A stretch of DNA of 64,000 bases from a virus (IMGVR_UViG_3300044652_000022:11154-75153), one strand, 5' to 3'. Shown: positions 1 to 8,481, counted from the stretch's first letter. Notes: a model not told the origin generated them from the letters alone. A program made the numbers and translations.

Positions 1-21
1 GACGCCGGCGGAGGTGACGAA

Positions 22-255
22 ATGACCATCATTATCGACCTCGATTATCTGGACGTGGAGCGCTTCGGTCAGGCGCACAATCGTCCTGTCGGACCGCTCG
101 AGGCGATGGCTGGCTTGAAGCAGGCGAGAGAGGCCCTCCAGCCGAGAGTGGACGACGAACTGCGCGACGAAATGCTCAGCAAGGCGCTGGACTTTGCCAG
201 GGCGCGCATGGTGCGGGTGGGCAAGATCCGTCCCGACGAGGAGGCGACGAAATGA
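22..255 (+). CDS. hypothetical protein
   Basis: 77-aa ORF; GGAGG RBS upstream; ATGA overlap with next gene. Confidence 0.6.
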   Translation: MTIIIDLDYLDVERFGQAHNRPVGPLEAMAGLKQAREALQPRVDDELRDEMLSKALDFARARMVRVGKIRPDEEATK

Positions 256-521
256 TCGGACCTTGCCTGTGCGGCGACACCCATTGTCCGTCTTGCGGTC
301 CAGCGCAAGGCAATTGGCGCTGTCCGCTATGTAACGCCTGGGCGGACGACTGCTGCGAACATATCGACGCCGAAACCGGGAAAATCAAGCCCGAGTTCGA
401 AGCGGAGGTGGAGGCTTTGCTGAAGGCGGAGGCCGAAGCCGAAGCGCAGATGGTGGAGGAGTATTTCGAGGACGAGCGCCTCGCCGAGGAATGGGAAAAG
501 GAGCATCCCGATGAGTTTTGA
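252..521 (+). CDS. Cys-rich hypothetical protein (possible Zn-binding)
   Basis: CxC-x3-CxxC...CxxC..CC followed by acidic tail; overlapping start/stop coupling. Confidence 0.6.
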   Translation: MIGPCLCGDTHCPSCGPAQGNWRCPLCNAWADDCCEHIDAETGKIKPEFEAEVEALLKAEAEAEAQMVEEYFEDERLAEEWEKEHPDEF

Positions 522-969
522 AGTCCTACCGCGTTACTCGGGCGGTAGCCCTGCCGCCGTTGACGAACACACCGCGCGACGTGTCGCGGAAGAGGAGCGC
601 CAAAGCTACCTGGCAGCGCTTAAAGGAGCGTACGGCGACGAACGAGCAGCGGACGCGCGCCGCGAAGGGTTGGATGGGATCGTGCTGGAGCGGCACGCCA
701 AAGGCAACCGTGTCTGCTACACCGACGTGATTACCGGGCGCGACTACGACGATATGCCGTACGGCGCTCTGCGCCACCCGAACGAACTCGTTCTCCAGAC
801 GACCAAGCGCTACCACATTGTCTGGTATCGTCGCGATATCCTCATCGCCCAGCCCGATCCGAAAAAAGCGGCGATGCGCTGGTGGTCGGTGGTCAGCGCG
901 CTAGAGGAAAAATACAGGCTGACCTACGACGACGCCAAGGCGCTGTGGGACAAGGTGAGGACGGCATGA
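511..969 (+). CDS. hypothetical protein
   Basis: 152-aa ORF in a coupled gene chain. Confidence 0.65.
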   Translation: MSFEVLPRYSGGSPAAVDEHTARRVAEEERQSYLAALKGAYGDERAADARREGLDGIVLERHAKGNRVCYTDVITGRDYDDMPYGALRHPNELVLQTTKRYHIVWYRRDILIAQPDPKKAAMRWWSVVSALEEKYRLTYDDAKALWDKVRTA

Positions 970-1265
970 CAAGCGCGCGAAAGCTAGCCCAGGAAAGAAT
1001 GCGCCGCGAAACCCAGTCGCTGATGGAAACGAGCGGACTCTCGGAGGAGGTCTGTCACAATCTCCTGTACCCAGATGCGGAGGAGCACACGGTCCGCATT
1101 ATCAAGCAACACCTCCTGACGCCTGACCAGCGCGCCAAACTCGCCGCGCGTTTTATCAGCATCGAGGACTTGCTGAACGGACGGGTGGAGGGCGATCAAG
1201 GCATCTATGACGAAATATTTTCTGTCTGGAATGCCAAGCTGGGCAGACGGATGTTTGGATTCTGA
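966..1265 (+). CDS. hypothetical protein
   Basis: ATG at 966 overlaps upstream stop (ATGA); 99 aa. Confidence 0.6.
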   Translation: MTSARKLAQERMRRETQSLMETSGLSEEVCHNLLYPDAEEHTVRIIKQHLLTPDQRAKLAARFISIEDLLNGRVEGDQGIYDEIFSVWNAKLGRRMFGF

Positions 1266-1267
1266 GG

Positions 1268-1297
1268 TTGACACGTACCTATAGTTTCCCTCATAAT
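1268..1297 (+). promoter_or_regulatory. conserved early promoter P1 (TTGACA-N18-CATAAT with CCTATAGTTT box)
   Basis: TTGACA 1268-1273, CATAAT 1292-1297; ATG 7 nt downstream. Confidence 0.8.
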
Positions 1298-1304
1298 TGA
1301 GCGT

Positions 1305-1664
1305 ATGCGCGAACACGTCTACCAACCCAGCGGCGTCGCCGCCAAGCCTTGCTCGAAATGCAACGGGCAACCAAAAGAGCACCCTTCGGCTATGCTAGTC
1401 GAAAAAATGCTGTCTCTGGGCTTCGAAACGATACACGGCGGAGTGCAGTGGATTATCATTCAGGAAGCGCGGAACCTCGGGTGGGACGGATACTTCGATC
1501 CTATTGCCAGCCTGTCGGTCAAGGACGCGAGAGTCGCAGCGTCGGTGGACGAGGCGGCGGACTTTTTGATCGAAAAGGGCGTCTCATTTTACGGACGCAG
1601 CCGCACCAACCATGCCTGGAAGGCTGGGCGCTACAAAATGAACCCGGTCCGGGAGGACGCATGA
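1305..1664 (+). CDS. hypothetical protein (probably leaderless mRNA)
   Basis: 119 aa, CxxC near N-terminus; no SD, start 7 nt after the -10 box. Confidence 0.65.
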   Translation: MREHVYQPSGVAAKPCSKCNGQPKEHPSAMLVEKMLSLGFETIHGGVQWIIIQEARNLGWDGYFDPIASLSVKDARVAASVDEAADFLIEKGVSFYGRSRTNHAWKAGRYKMNPVREDA

Positions 1665-1909
1665 CGACGATACGCACGGCGACGCTACGCACGGTAGAGG
1701 ATCTTCTATACGCTGTCGCTGCGCGCGCCAAGGTGCTGGCGGAGGACAAGGTAGACAATCTTCGTGCCAGCGTCGAGACGGCCCAGGAGACGCGCGCGGC
1801 GGCGATAGCGGAGAATCGTCACAAGACCAAAGGCGACCTGATCGAGGAAATCCTGATCGAGGAATTCGAGGAAGCCGCCAAAAAATTTGGACGAAAACCT
1901 AACCCCTGA
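1661..1909 (+). CDS. hypothetical protein
   Basis: GGAGG RBS, ATGA overlap; 82 aa helical. Confidence 0.65.
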   Translation: MTTIRTATLRTVEDLLYAVAARAKVLAEDKVDNLRASVETAQETRAAAIAENRHKTKGDLIEEILIEEFEEAAKKFGRKPNP

Positions 1910-2208
1910 ATCCTAAAGGGGATACATCCCCGAATCTAGAAACGGCTTGACGCAGCCCGAGCAGCTTTGACGTATAACCGATCGTTTTCCGTTCTGGATG
2001 CTACCTACCGGAAAATCGTTTCGACGCAGCAGCGCCCGGAGCAGCCCGGCTGCTCGCCGGAATCTTCCGAACGTCGAATCTGACCGAAAATCCCCTCCTC
2101 CGTTTGCATCCCTTATCCGAACCTGTATGATGATTCCGTGCAGACAGAACAAACCCGGAGCGGCGCTGCGCTGCCAGAAAATTTTTGGAAAAAAGTTAGG
2201 TTGGTGGG

Positions 2209-2237
2209 TTGACATTCACCTATAGTTTTCCTAGAAT
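2209..2237 (+). promoter_or_regulatory. conserved early promoter P2
   Basis: TTGACA-N17-TAGAAT with CCTATAGTTT in spacer. Confidence 0.8.
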
Positions 2238-2289
2238 TGTTCATGTGACGGGCAGCGCAAAGCGCCTGAAACAGAGAGGCTATACGACG

Positions 2290-3297
2290 ATGAGCAACGG
2301 AAACGATTTCTTCCTCGATATCGACAACCTGGGCGAAGTGGCGCCCGAATCGAACGACGCGGCGCCGACCAGCGACATTCAGGACCTGGTGCTCGCCAAG
2401 AACAACAAGCCCGAAACCCAGAACCCGCTGAACATTGGCGGTGGGCAGAAGCTCGAGGAGGTGTACGACCGCCTCATGAAGTTGATTTTCCTCTTCGATA
2501 CGTCGGGCTCCATGGGCGATACGATCATCGACGACACCGACTTCTCCCAGTGGGCATGGGACATGAAGGCGATCCGCGCCAAGCTGGTTGCTTGCGACGC
2601 CGAGGTCGCCAACGCGCAGGCGCAGATTGGTCCCGACGCGGACGTGGCGGACGCGGTGGACGAGTTGACCCTCCGCTGCGCCGGGCTGAAAACGGCCACC
2701 GACGACGAGATCAAGGGCTTCATTTTGCGCGAGGATCTCACCCAGTATTTCGGTGTCCTGTCCTTGTCCTCGCAACCGCGCAAGTCGAAGATGGCGGTGG
2801 TTCGTGACCTCGCGTCGTCGGAGATCCGCAAGCGCATCGCGAAGTACAACGAGTCCGACATTCGCGTCATCACCTTCGACCAGAACCCGCACACCAAAGG
2901 CGCCCGCACGCAGTCGGAGCTGGTCGCGGCGGTGTCGTCCATGATGCCGGCTGGCGGGACGGATATCTGCGCAGCGGTGGAAGCGGCGATGCGGCTCTGC
3001 AAAAAGGCGCCGAGCCCGGTCAACCTGCATCACCTCGTCCTGATCTCGGACGGGCTGGATTACGGCGCTGTCCGCGTGAAAAGCCTCATCCCGGAAATGA
3101 AGCGGCTGGGTGTGGTGTTCGACTACATCTATATCAAGGGCACCAGCGAAAACGACGAGGATATCACCTCGGTCCTCAAGCAGGTCTGCGAGGAGACGGG
3201 CGGCGAGTTTGTCGAGGTGCAAAAGGTGAAGGACCTGGCGCAGAAGTTCATCGCCGCCGCCGAGCGAAAGATGCTCCCGCCTCCTGCTAACGTCTAA
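2290..3297 (+). CDS. von Willebrand factor A (vWA) domain protein
   Basis: MIDAS motifs FLFDTSGSM, GGTD, LVLISDG; GAGAGG RBS before ATG 2290. Confidence 0.85.
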   Translation: MSNGNDFFLDIDNLGEVAPESNDAAPTSDIQDLVLAKNNKPETQNPLNIGGGQKLEEVYDRLMKLIFLFDTSGSMGDTIIDDTDFSQWAWDMKAIRAKLVACDAEVANAQAQIGPDADVADAVDELTLRCAGLKTATDDEIKGFILREDLTQYFGVLSLSSQPRKSKMAVVRDLASSEIRKRIAKYNESDIRVITFDQNPHTKGARTQSELVAAVSSMMPAGGTDICAAVEAAMRLCKKAPSPVNLHHLVLISDGLDYGAVRVKSLIPEMKRLGVVFDYIYIKGTSENDEDITSVLKQVCEETGGEFVEVQKVKDLAQKFIAAAERKMLPPPANV

Positions 3298-3314
3298 TCA
3301 TGCGCAACCGACAG

Positions 3315-3341
3315 AGGGCGGCGGTTCGACGCTGCCGCCCT
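3315..3341 (+). terminator. GC-rich hairpin (terminator or processing site)
   Basis: AGGGCGGCGGT / GCTGCCGCCCT stem; no long U-tract. Confidence 0.4.
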
Positions 3342-3356
3342 TCCGAGGGGACGACA

Positions 3357-4049
3357 ATGGTGAAAATCACAGAGGTATCTGACCCGATCCTGCGCGAAAA
3401 ACTGCTGGCGCTGCGCAGCGGCACGCAGATCACCCTTTGCTATTTCCCAGTCACGCTAGAGGCGCGCATTCGGCGGGAACGCGCGACGATTACCCAAGCG
3501 CCTCGTCTGACAGAAAATGGGCGCTGGTCGGTGGAGGTGCAGCCGCCCGCCGGTTCGTTGATTCCAGGTACGGTCTGGGCAGCGATCCGCTTTGATCCCA
3601 ATTCCCAGATTCCCGACGGCATCTGGGTCGAAACGTGGGCGCCGGAAACACGCTGGACGAAGCCGCGCCCAGACGGGAAACCGTATTCGCGGACAGAGCC
3701 CTGCGAGTGCGCCCATTGCGACCACGTGTACTCGGGTTTCGATCAATTGGAAATCATCAGACATTGCCGCGAACACCACCGCGCGTTCTACCGCCATAAA
3801 TGGGAGACGGAATTGGCTAATCGCGCGACCGTGGACCAGAGCTACGCGCCGCTGCCCGAGTTCGAAACGGAGAATCTGGGTAGCGGCTTTCAGCTAGTCT
3901 GGCAGCGGTCGGTGAAAAGCAACCAGGTGCGCGCGGTGATAAAGGACAGCGCCGGGACGATACGCGCGCGGGGCGACGTGATGCCCGAGGAACGCGCGAT
4001 GCTTTCGCGGCAGTCGGCGCTGTATGCGTTCTTTCGCGGAGGTCGATAA
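3357..4049 (+). CDS. hypothetical protein with C2H2-like Zn finger
   Basis: CAHC-x14-HCREH; GAGGGG RBS. Confidence 0.65.
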   Translation: MVKITEVSDPILREKLLALRSGTQITLCYFPVTLEARIRRERATITQAPRLTENGRWSVEVQPPAGSLIPGTVWAAIRFDPNSQIPDGIWVETWAPETRWTKPRPDGKPYSRTEPCECAHCDHVYSGFDQLEIIRHCREHHRAFYRHKWETELANRATVDQSYAPLPEFETENLGSGFQLVWQRSVKSNQVRAVIKDSAGTIRARGDVMPEERAMLSRQSALYAFFRGGR

Positions 4050-4056
4050 CGACAAA

Positions 4057-4665
4057 ATGCCACCCACTCTGTCTCCAACCGAAATCGAAGCGGTACGGGC
4101 TGCGGACAAGATGGAGGAGTTGGTCTACGAAAACGGCGCGCGGGTGGCGGTGGACGGACACAACCGCCGCCTGTTCGCGTCAGGCGGTGAGGCGTCGTTC
4201 CGCAGTCTTTGGGAGCAGGCGCTCCTGATCCGAAAAAAGCCCAGCAAAAACGAACGAAACGGACACGGACACAATATGCCATCCACCGATTGGAAAGAGA
4301 AGGCTCGCCAGCGCCTGCAGGAAAAAGCGGTCGAGGTCGAATCGTCTGAGGAGCAACAACAACCGAAAAAGCCCAAGCCACCTGCTGCGCCAGCCAAGAT
4401 GGCAGCGACGGCTGCAAAAGTCGCGGCGGCGCGGGTGGGGCAATCCGCAGCGAAACTCGCGAATCCCTGCCGTCCTGGGTCCCAGTTGGCGCAAGCGTTC
4501 GATCTTCTGACGGACGGGCGCTTGCACGAATGGGAAGAGTTCCGCGCAATCAATCCCAAGTACCCGAAAGATCCCGCCGCCAACCTCTCCCGCGATCCCG
4601 AAGTCGCCAAGCATTGGACGATCATTCGCGGACCGGAGGGGGCGCAGATGGTAGCCAAAAAATAA
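4057..4665 (+). CDS. Lys/Ala-rich protein with C-terminal wHTH-like domain (paralogue family A)
   Basis: C-terminal RPGS..A..LTD..HEWEE..KYPKD shared with 4733 and 7217 proteins. Confidence 0.65.
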   Translation: MPPTLSPTEIEAVRAADKMEELVYENGARVAVDGHNRRLFASGGEASFRSLWEQALLIRKKPSKNERNGHGHNMPSTDWKEKARQRLQEKAVEVESSEEQQQPKKPKPPAAPAKMAATAAKVAAARVGQSAAKLANPCRPGSQLAQAFDLLTDGRLHEWEEFRAINPKYPKDPAANLSRDPEVAKHWTIIRGPEGAQMVAKK

Positions 4666-4677
4666 TTGGAAGATGGG

Positions 4678-4706
4678 TTGCAATGGCCTATAGTTTCTGT
4701 CATAAT
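4678..4706 (+). promoter_or_regulatory. conserved early promoter P3
   Basis: TTGCAA-N17-CATAAT with CCTATAGTTT. Confidence 0.8.
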
Positions 4707-4732
4707 TTTTCATGTAGGAGGCGTTGACGACG

Positions 4733-5752
4733 ATGGCAGCAAAATTGAAGGCACCCAAGACAGCGGAACTGAAAAAGGCGTTGGAGGGCTTGCTAGCCGC
4801 CTCTCCGACCAATCGCGTGAAGGCGCTCACGGCGGCGGTGCAGTGGTACGACGCAGCCCTGCCGTATTTCATCCAGAACGTGCGCCTCGATCCGTCCAAA
4901 CAAAAATTGTACGATCTGGCTACCAAGACCCGTTCGCAAGCGAACGGAACGAACCTCGTCCACGAGCAGGAAGTGGCGCTGAAGTCTACGGTTCAGTTGC
5001 TCGAAAAAGTCTGGAAGGACGCGGTGCCCAACCTGCCGTCGTCCGTGGACGCATACGCGGAATATCAGAAGCGCCGGGCGGCGCTGGAGGCTCAGGAAGC
5101 GGCGAACAAAGCGAAATACCAAGCCGTCGTCAACCTCCTCAATTTGGCGTTTGGCGGCGCTAACCTGAAGGTTTCGGTAATCGAGAGCCAGCAACCGCGC
5201 GCGATTGATTTCGGTGACGCGGGCGAGGTGAAAATCGTTCTCGGCGACCAGCACGTCGCGGAACTGTCGAAGGTCCTGCAGCGGCAGGGTCCGCTGGACG
5301 TGATTTTCTCGGAGGTGTCGTACGCGGCGCGGGCGATGGGCGTGACCTCGACAAACAACGGGCCGGCGCTCGATCCCAAAGCCGTTGTCGCAAAACTTCC
5401 GACGTTGTTCGCCGGGATGCACACGGCTCTGAAGGGTGCGAAGGCGGCGAAGCCTGCTGTTACGAGGACCGCTGCTGCGCAGCAGCCCGGCGCTGCTGCG
5501 ACGACGCCCACCCGCTCCGCTCCTGCGTCCAGCGGACCGCTCGTTGGCGGACTCTACAAGCCCGGAACAAACAACGCTATCGCGTTCCAGTTCCTCAGCG
5601 ACCAGAAGTATCACACGTGGCAGGAAATCGCGCAGGGCACGGGCGCGAAGTACCCGAAAGACGGCCCGTACTACATCGGGAAGGACGGAGCGAAGAACGG
5701 CAAGTGGACGGTGCGGAAAGATAAGCACGGCGTCCAGCTGATCTTCAACTAG
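4733..5752 (+). CDS. hypothetical protein with C-terminal wHTH-like domain (paralogue family A)
   Basis: 339 aa; GGAGG RBS; C-terminal YKPGT..A..LSD..HTWQEI..KYPKD. Confidence 0.75.
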   Translation: MAAKLKAPKTAELKKALEGLLAASPTNRVKALTAAVQWYDAALPYFIQNVRLDPSKQKLYDLATKTRSQANGTNLVHEQEVALKSTVQLLEKVWKDAVPNLPSSVDAYAEYQKRRAALEAQEAANKAKYQAVVNLLNLAFGGANLKVSVIESQQPRAIDFGDAGEVKIVLGDQHVAELSKVLQRQGPLDVIFSEVSYAARAMGVTSTNNGPALDPKAVVAKLPTLFAGMHTALKGAKAAKPAVTRTAAAQQPGAAATTPTRSAPASSGPLVGGLYKPGTNNAIAFQFLSDQKYHTWQEIAQGTGAKYPKDGPYYIGKDGAKNGKWTVRKDKHGVQLIFN

Positions 5753-5755
5753 GAC

Positions 5756-5783
5756 AGGGGCCGGGCAACCGGCCCTCTTTTTT
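5756..5783 (+). terminator. rho-independent terminator
   Basis: GGGGCCGG-GCAA-CCGGCCCT then T-run. Confidence 0.75.
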
Positions 5784-5795
5784 CAGGAGGCGAAT

Positions 5796-5978
5796 ATGAC
5801 GACGACCACCACCGACGCATTCATTCAGCGGATGCACGACCACGCCCTGAGGATCGCTGCTAGCGACCGTGCTCAGGCAGCGTTTGACGACGTGTGCCAC
5901 GAGGAGGACCTGACGCCCAAGCAAAAATCCGCTTTGCGTCAGGTGCTGCACGTGGTGTACGGGATCCGGGTTCGGTAG
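5796..5978 (+). CDS. hypothetical protein
   Basis: AGGAGG RBS, 60 aa. Confidence 0.65.
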   Translation: MTTTTTDAFIQRMHDHALRIAASDRAQAAFDDVCHEEDLTPKQKSALRQVLHVVYGIRVR

Positions 5979-5989
5979 AGGAGAAAAAC

Positions 5990-6175
5990 ATGTCAGAACC
6001 TGCGATGGAAGTTTACGTATTGCTGGAGATGGAAGGCGGCGTGAACGCCGTTGGCGGCGCGGATGCGCGTTACGAGATCAAGGACGTGGTAGCCAGCCCG
6101 CGCTATGCCGTCGATTGGGTGCAGGCGTCGCCCATCCTGCGCTCGGTGAAGCGCTTCAAGGTGCGAGGAGCATAA
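5990..6175 (+). CDS. hypothetical protein
   Basis: GAGGAG RBS, 61 aa. Confidence 0.6.
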   Translation: MSEPAMEVYVLLEMEGGVNAVGGADARYEIKDVVASPRYAVDWVQASPILRSVKRFKVRGA

Positions 6176-6177
6176 TC

Positions 6178-6378
6178 ATGCGAGCCAAAGACAAAAGACA
6201 GGAATGGTGGGTGGTGTCGAAAAACGGCGCTGTTATCGTGCGCAGCGACCGCACCCTCGACCGCCGCTGCATCAAACTCCACGGGCCCCACGCCACGCGC
6301 GACGAGGCGATTGCCGGCTGGAACGAGGTGCTGTCGCTGGGCGGTCCTCGCCGCCCGCAGGACGAGGTGCGCGGATGA
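6178..6378 (+). CDS. hypothetical protein
   Basis: GAGGAG RBS, 66 aa. Confidence 0.6.
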   Translation: MRAKDKRQEWWVVSKNGAVIVRSDRTLDRRCIKLHGPHATRDEAIAGWNEVLSLGGPRRPQDEVRG

Positions 6379-6569
6379 GGCGCACCTGGGGGCGACGACC
6401 CAAACTCAAGACCTACGAAGTCCGCTACCTGGTGACGGTGAGCGACGATCTCAGCGCCGCGGATCTTCGCGGCGACATTCGAGGGCAGGCGCGCGACTAC
6501 GAAGATCAATATGGGCCCATGCGCGTCAAGCACCTGAAAATCCACCCGCTGCCCAAGGAGAAGAAATGA
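6375..6569 (+). CDS. hypothetical protein
   Basis: GAGG RBS, ATGA overlap, 64 aa. Confidence 0.6.
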   Translation: MRRTWGRRPKLKTYEVRYLVTVSDDLSAADLRGDIRGQARDYEDQYGPMRVKHLKIHPLPKEKK

Positions 6570-6832
6570 TCGACAACGGTAAAGAGACTCCGTCCGTGAA
6601 TGTGCGGGATCTCAGTTTTGACGAACGAAAAGCCTTTGCTAAGAGTTTAGCTGAGGCTCGTGGTCACCGTCTGGGACCTTGGGTGCAGTACTGCGGTCCA
6701 GATCGTCCACATGAGGTTCGGGCTAACTGCGAACGTTGCGGTGGGGCTGCATTTGTTGGCGGCGAACGGTGGAATAAAGATCCGGTTACTGGTGTCCTGG
6801 AACATAACTGTATTCCAGGGACCGAATTGTGA
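6566..6832 (+). CDS. hypothetical protein with CxxC
   Basis: AAGGAG RBS; 88 aa; conspicuously T-ending codon usage. Confidence 0.6.
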   Translation: MIDNGKETPSVNVRDLSFDERKAFAKSLAEARGHRLGPWVQYCGPDRPHEVRANCERCGGAAFVGGERWNKDPVTGVLEHNCIPGTEL

Positions 6833-6840
6833 TTGAGTTT

Positions 6841-6977
6841 CCTCAGGACGCACCGCCAATCCTGAGGGAGAGCGAGGGCAACCGGTGAGTTACGCCTCCG
6901 CCGGCATGGGATCTGGGAGACTCGTCATCTCTCAGGTTCCTGCCCTTCGCTGCGCGGAACGAGAAAATTTCCGTGCG
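6841..6977 (+). ncRNA. candidate structured intergenic RNA
   Basis: four to five mutually compatible stems in a 177-nt gene-free gap. Confidence 0.4.
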
Positions 6978-7009
6978 GAATTCCTTGCAAGTTTACCGGA
7001 GATATCCGT

Positions 7010-7546
7010 ATGCTAATGACCGATGCCGAACGTAGCGTCTGGATGCGGAGAGGTGTCGATGCAACCAGGAAATGCGATCTCGTCGGGTGCGGGCGACCAA
7101 TCACCTTGGTCCGATACAAAGGACGCGACGGCGAGTTCTGCTCGAACCAGTGCCTGGAAAAGAGCCTGGGTATCAGCTATTCGGGATCACAGCCAACGAA
7201 AGAGGAGCTAAACAATATGGCTACAAAAACGAAGTCCGCAAAAAAGCCCGCCAAGGCAAAGGCGGCTGCGGCGTCCGCTAACGGGACTGGCGGTGGAGAA
7301 AAGATCGCCGGGAAGTATCGTCCCGGATCTTCGATGGCGGTTTACCTGGAGCGTCTCTCCGACGAAAAGCCGCACACGATTGAGGAGCTTTCCGAGGGGC
7401 TGGCTATCAAGTACCCGGCCGACCCTCCGTTCTATCTGAAGAAACGCGGCGCGGAGGAAAAACTCTGGAAGATCGAGTACGACCGTGAATCCAAAACCTA
7501 CACCATGACCCTGACCGCGAAGGGCAAAAAGCTGCTTGGCAAATAG
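7010..7546 (+). CDS. TRASH-like Zn ribbon + Lys/Ala-rich + wHTH-like protein (family A); strong internal start at 7217
   Basis: C-x4-C...FCSNQC at N-terminus; GAGGAG RBS before ATG 7217; YRPGS..LSD..HT.EEL..KYPAD. Confidence 0.65.
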   Translation: MLMTDAERSVWMRRGVDATRKCDLVGCGRPITLVRYKGRDGEFCSNQCLEKSLGISYSGSQPTKEELNNMATKTKSAKKPAKAKAAAASANGTGGGEKIAGKYRPGSSMAVYLERLSDEKPHTIEELSEGLAIKYPADPPFYLKKRGAEEKLWKIEYDRESKTYTMTLTAKGKKLLGK

Positions 7547-7685
7547 CGTCCATTCGAGTTGCACCTGGATCGTCGGAATAATGGCCCTAAATACGGCGAC
7601 GAAGCATTCTAGGTGCAGGGCACAGGCAATGGTGGTAGCCCGAAAAGCGGGATGAAAGACTCCGCCCACCTCTGTACAATCAGCC

Positions 7686-8363
7686 ATGAGGAAATACGTC
7701 GTTGTTCACAGTGGAGGCCTTGATTCAACGGTCCTCCTTTACCACCTGCGCGATTTGGGGCACCACGTCCGCGCCTTGTCCGTCAATTATGGGCAGCGGC
7801 ACGCCCACGAACTTCAGCAAGCGGTGAAAATCTGCAAGACTCTCGATATCGAGCACCAGTTTGCAGACCTCACCGGGATTACGCATTTGCTTGGCGGATC
7901 GAGCCAGACCGATCCGTCGATCCCTGTTCCACACGGGCACTACGCAGCAGAGAACATGAAGGTCACCGTCGTTCCCAATCGGAACATGATTATGCTCTCC
8001 GTCGCGATTGGCTGGGCGATCAGCACCAAGTCCGACGCAGTAGCGTACGCAGCCCACGCCGGCGACCATACGATTTACCCAGACTGCCGGCCCGAGTTCG
8101 GCGCGGCGATGAACGTCGCGGCGTATTTGGCAGACTGGCATCAGGTGGAGGTGGTTCGCCCCTTCGTTAATTTCACCAAAGCCGAAATCGTTGCGTTCGG
8201 CGCCAAGCTGAATGTCCCTTTCCAGGATACGTATTCGTGCTATGAAGGGCGTCCGGTGCATTGCGGAAAGTGCGGAACCTGCGTGGAGCGCATCGAAGCC
8301 TTCCATCTTGCTAACGTGCCCGACCCAACCGAGTACGCTAATCCGGCGGCGGCGCTGGCGTGA
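7686..8363 (+). CDS. queC: 7-cyano-7-deazaguanine synthase
   Basis: SGGLDS PP-loop, [21 protein letters not shown]...HCGKCGTC Zn site. Confidence 0.95.
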   Translation: MRKYVVVHSGGLDSTVLLYHLRDLGHHVRALSVNYGQRHAHELQQAVKICKTLDIEHQFADLTGITHLLGGSSQTDPSIPVPHGHYAAENMKVTVVPNRNMIMLSVAIGWAISTKSDAVAYAAHAGDHTIYPDCRPEFGAAMNVAAYLADWHQVEVVRPFVNFTKAEIVAFGAKLNVPFQDTYSCYEGRPVHCGKCGTCVERIEAFHLANVPDPTEYANPAAALA

Positions 8364-8452
8364 CGGAACTTTTACATTTGCGGGATCGGGCTACCCGATC
8401 CCTATCCTTATCGCCGGCGCAGATGAAAAATACGAAAGATTTCGAGGAACCT

Positions 8453-8481
8453 TTGACAGAATCTATAGTTTACCTAATAAT
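8453..8481 (+). promoter_or_regulatory. conserved early promoter P4
   Basis: TTGACA-N17-AATAAT with CTATAGTTT. Confidence 0.75.

Noticed and set aside
7547-7685. Known preQ1 riboswitch upstream of queC
   Set aside because: No match to class I-III consensus as recalled (no A-rich 3' tail or AGAGGUUC-like stem); kept only as an unclassified structure
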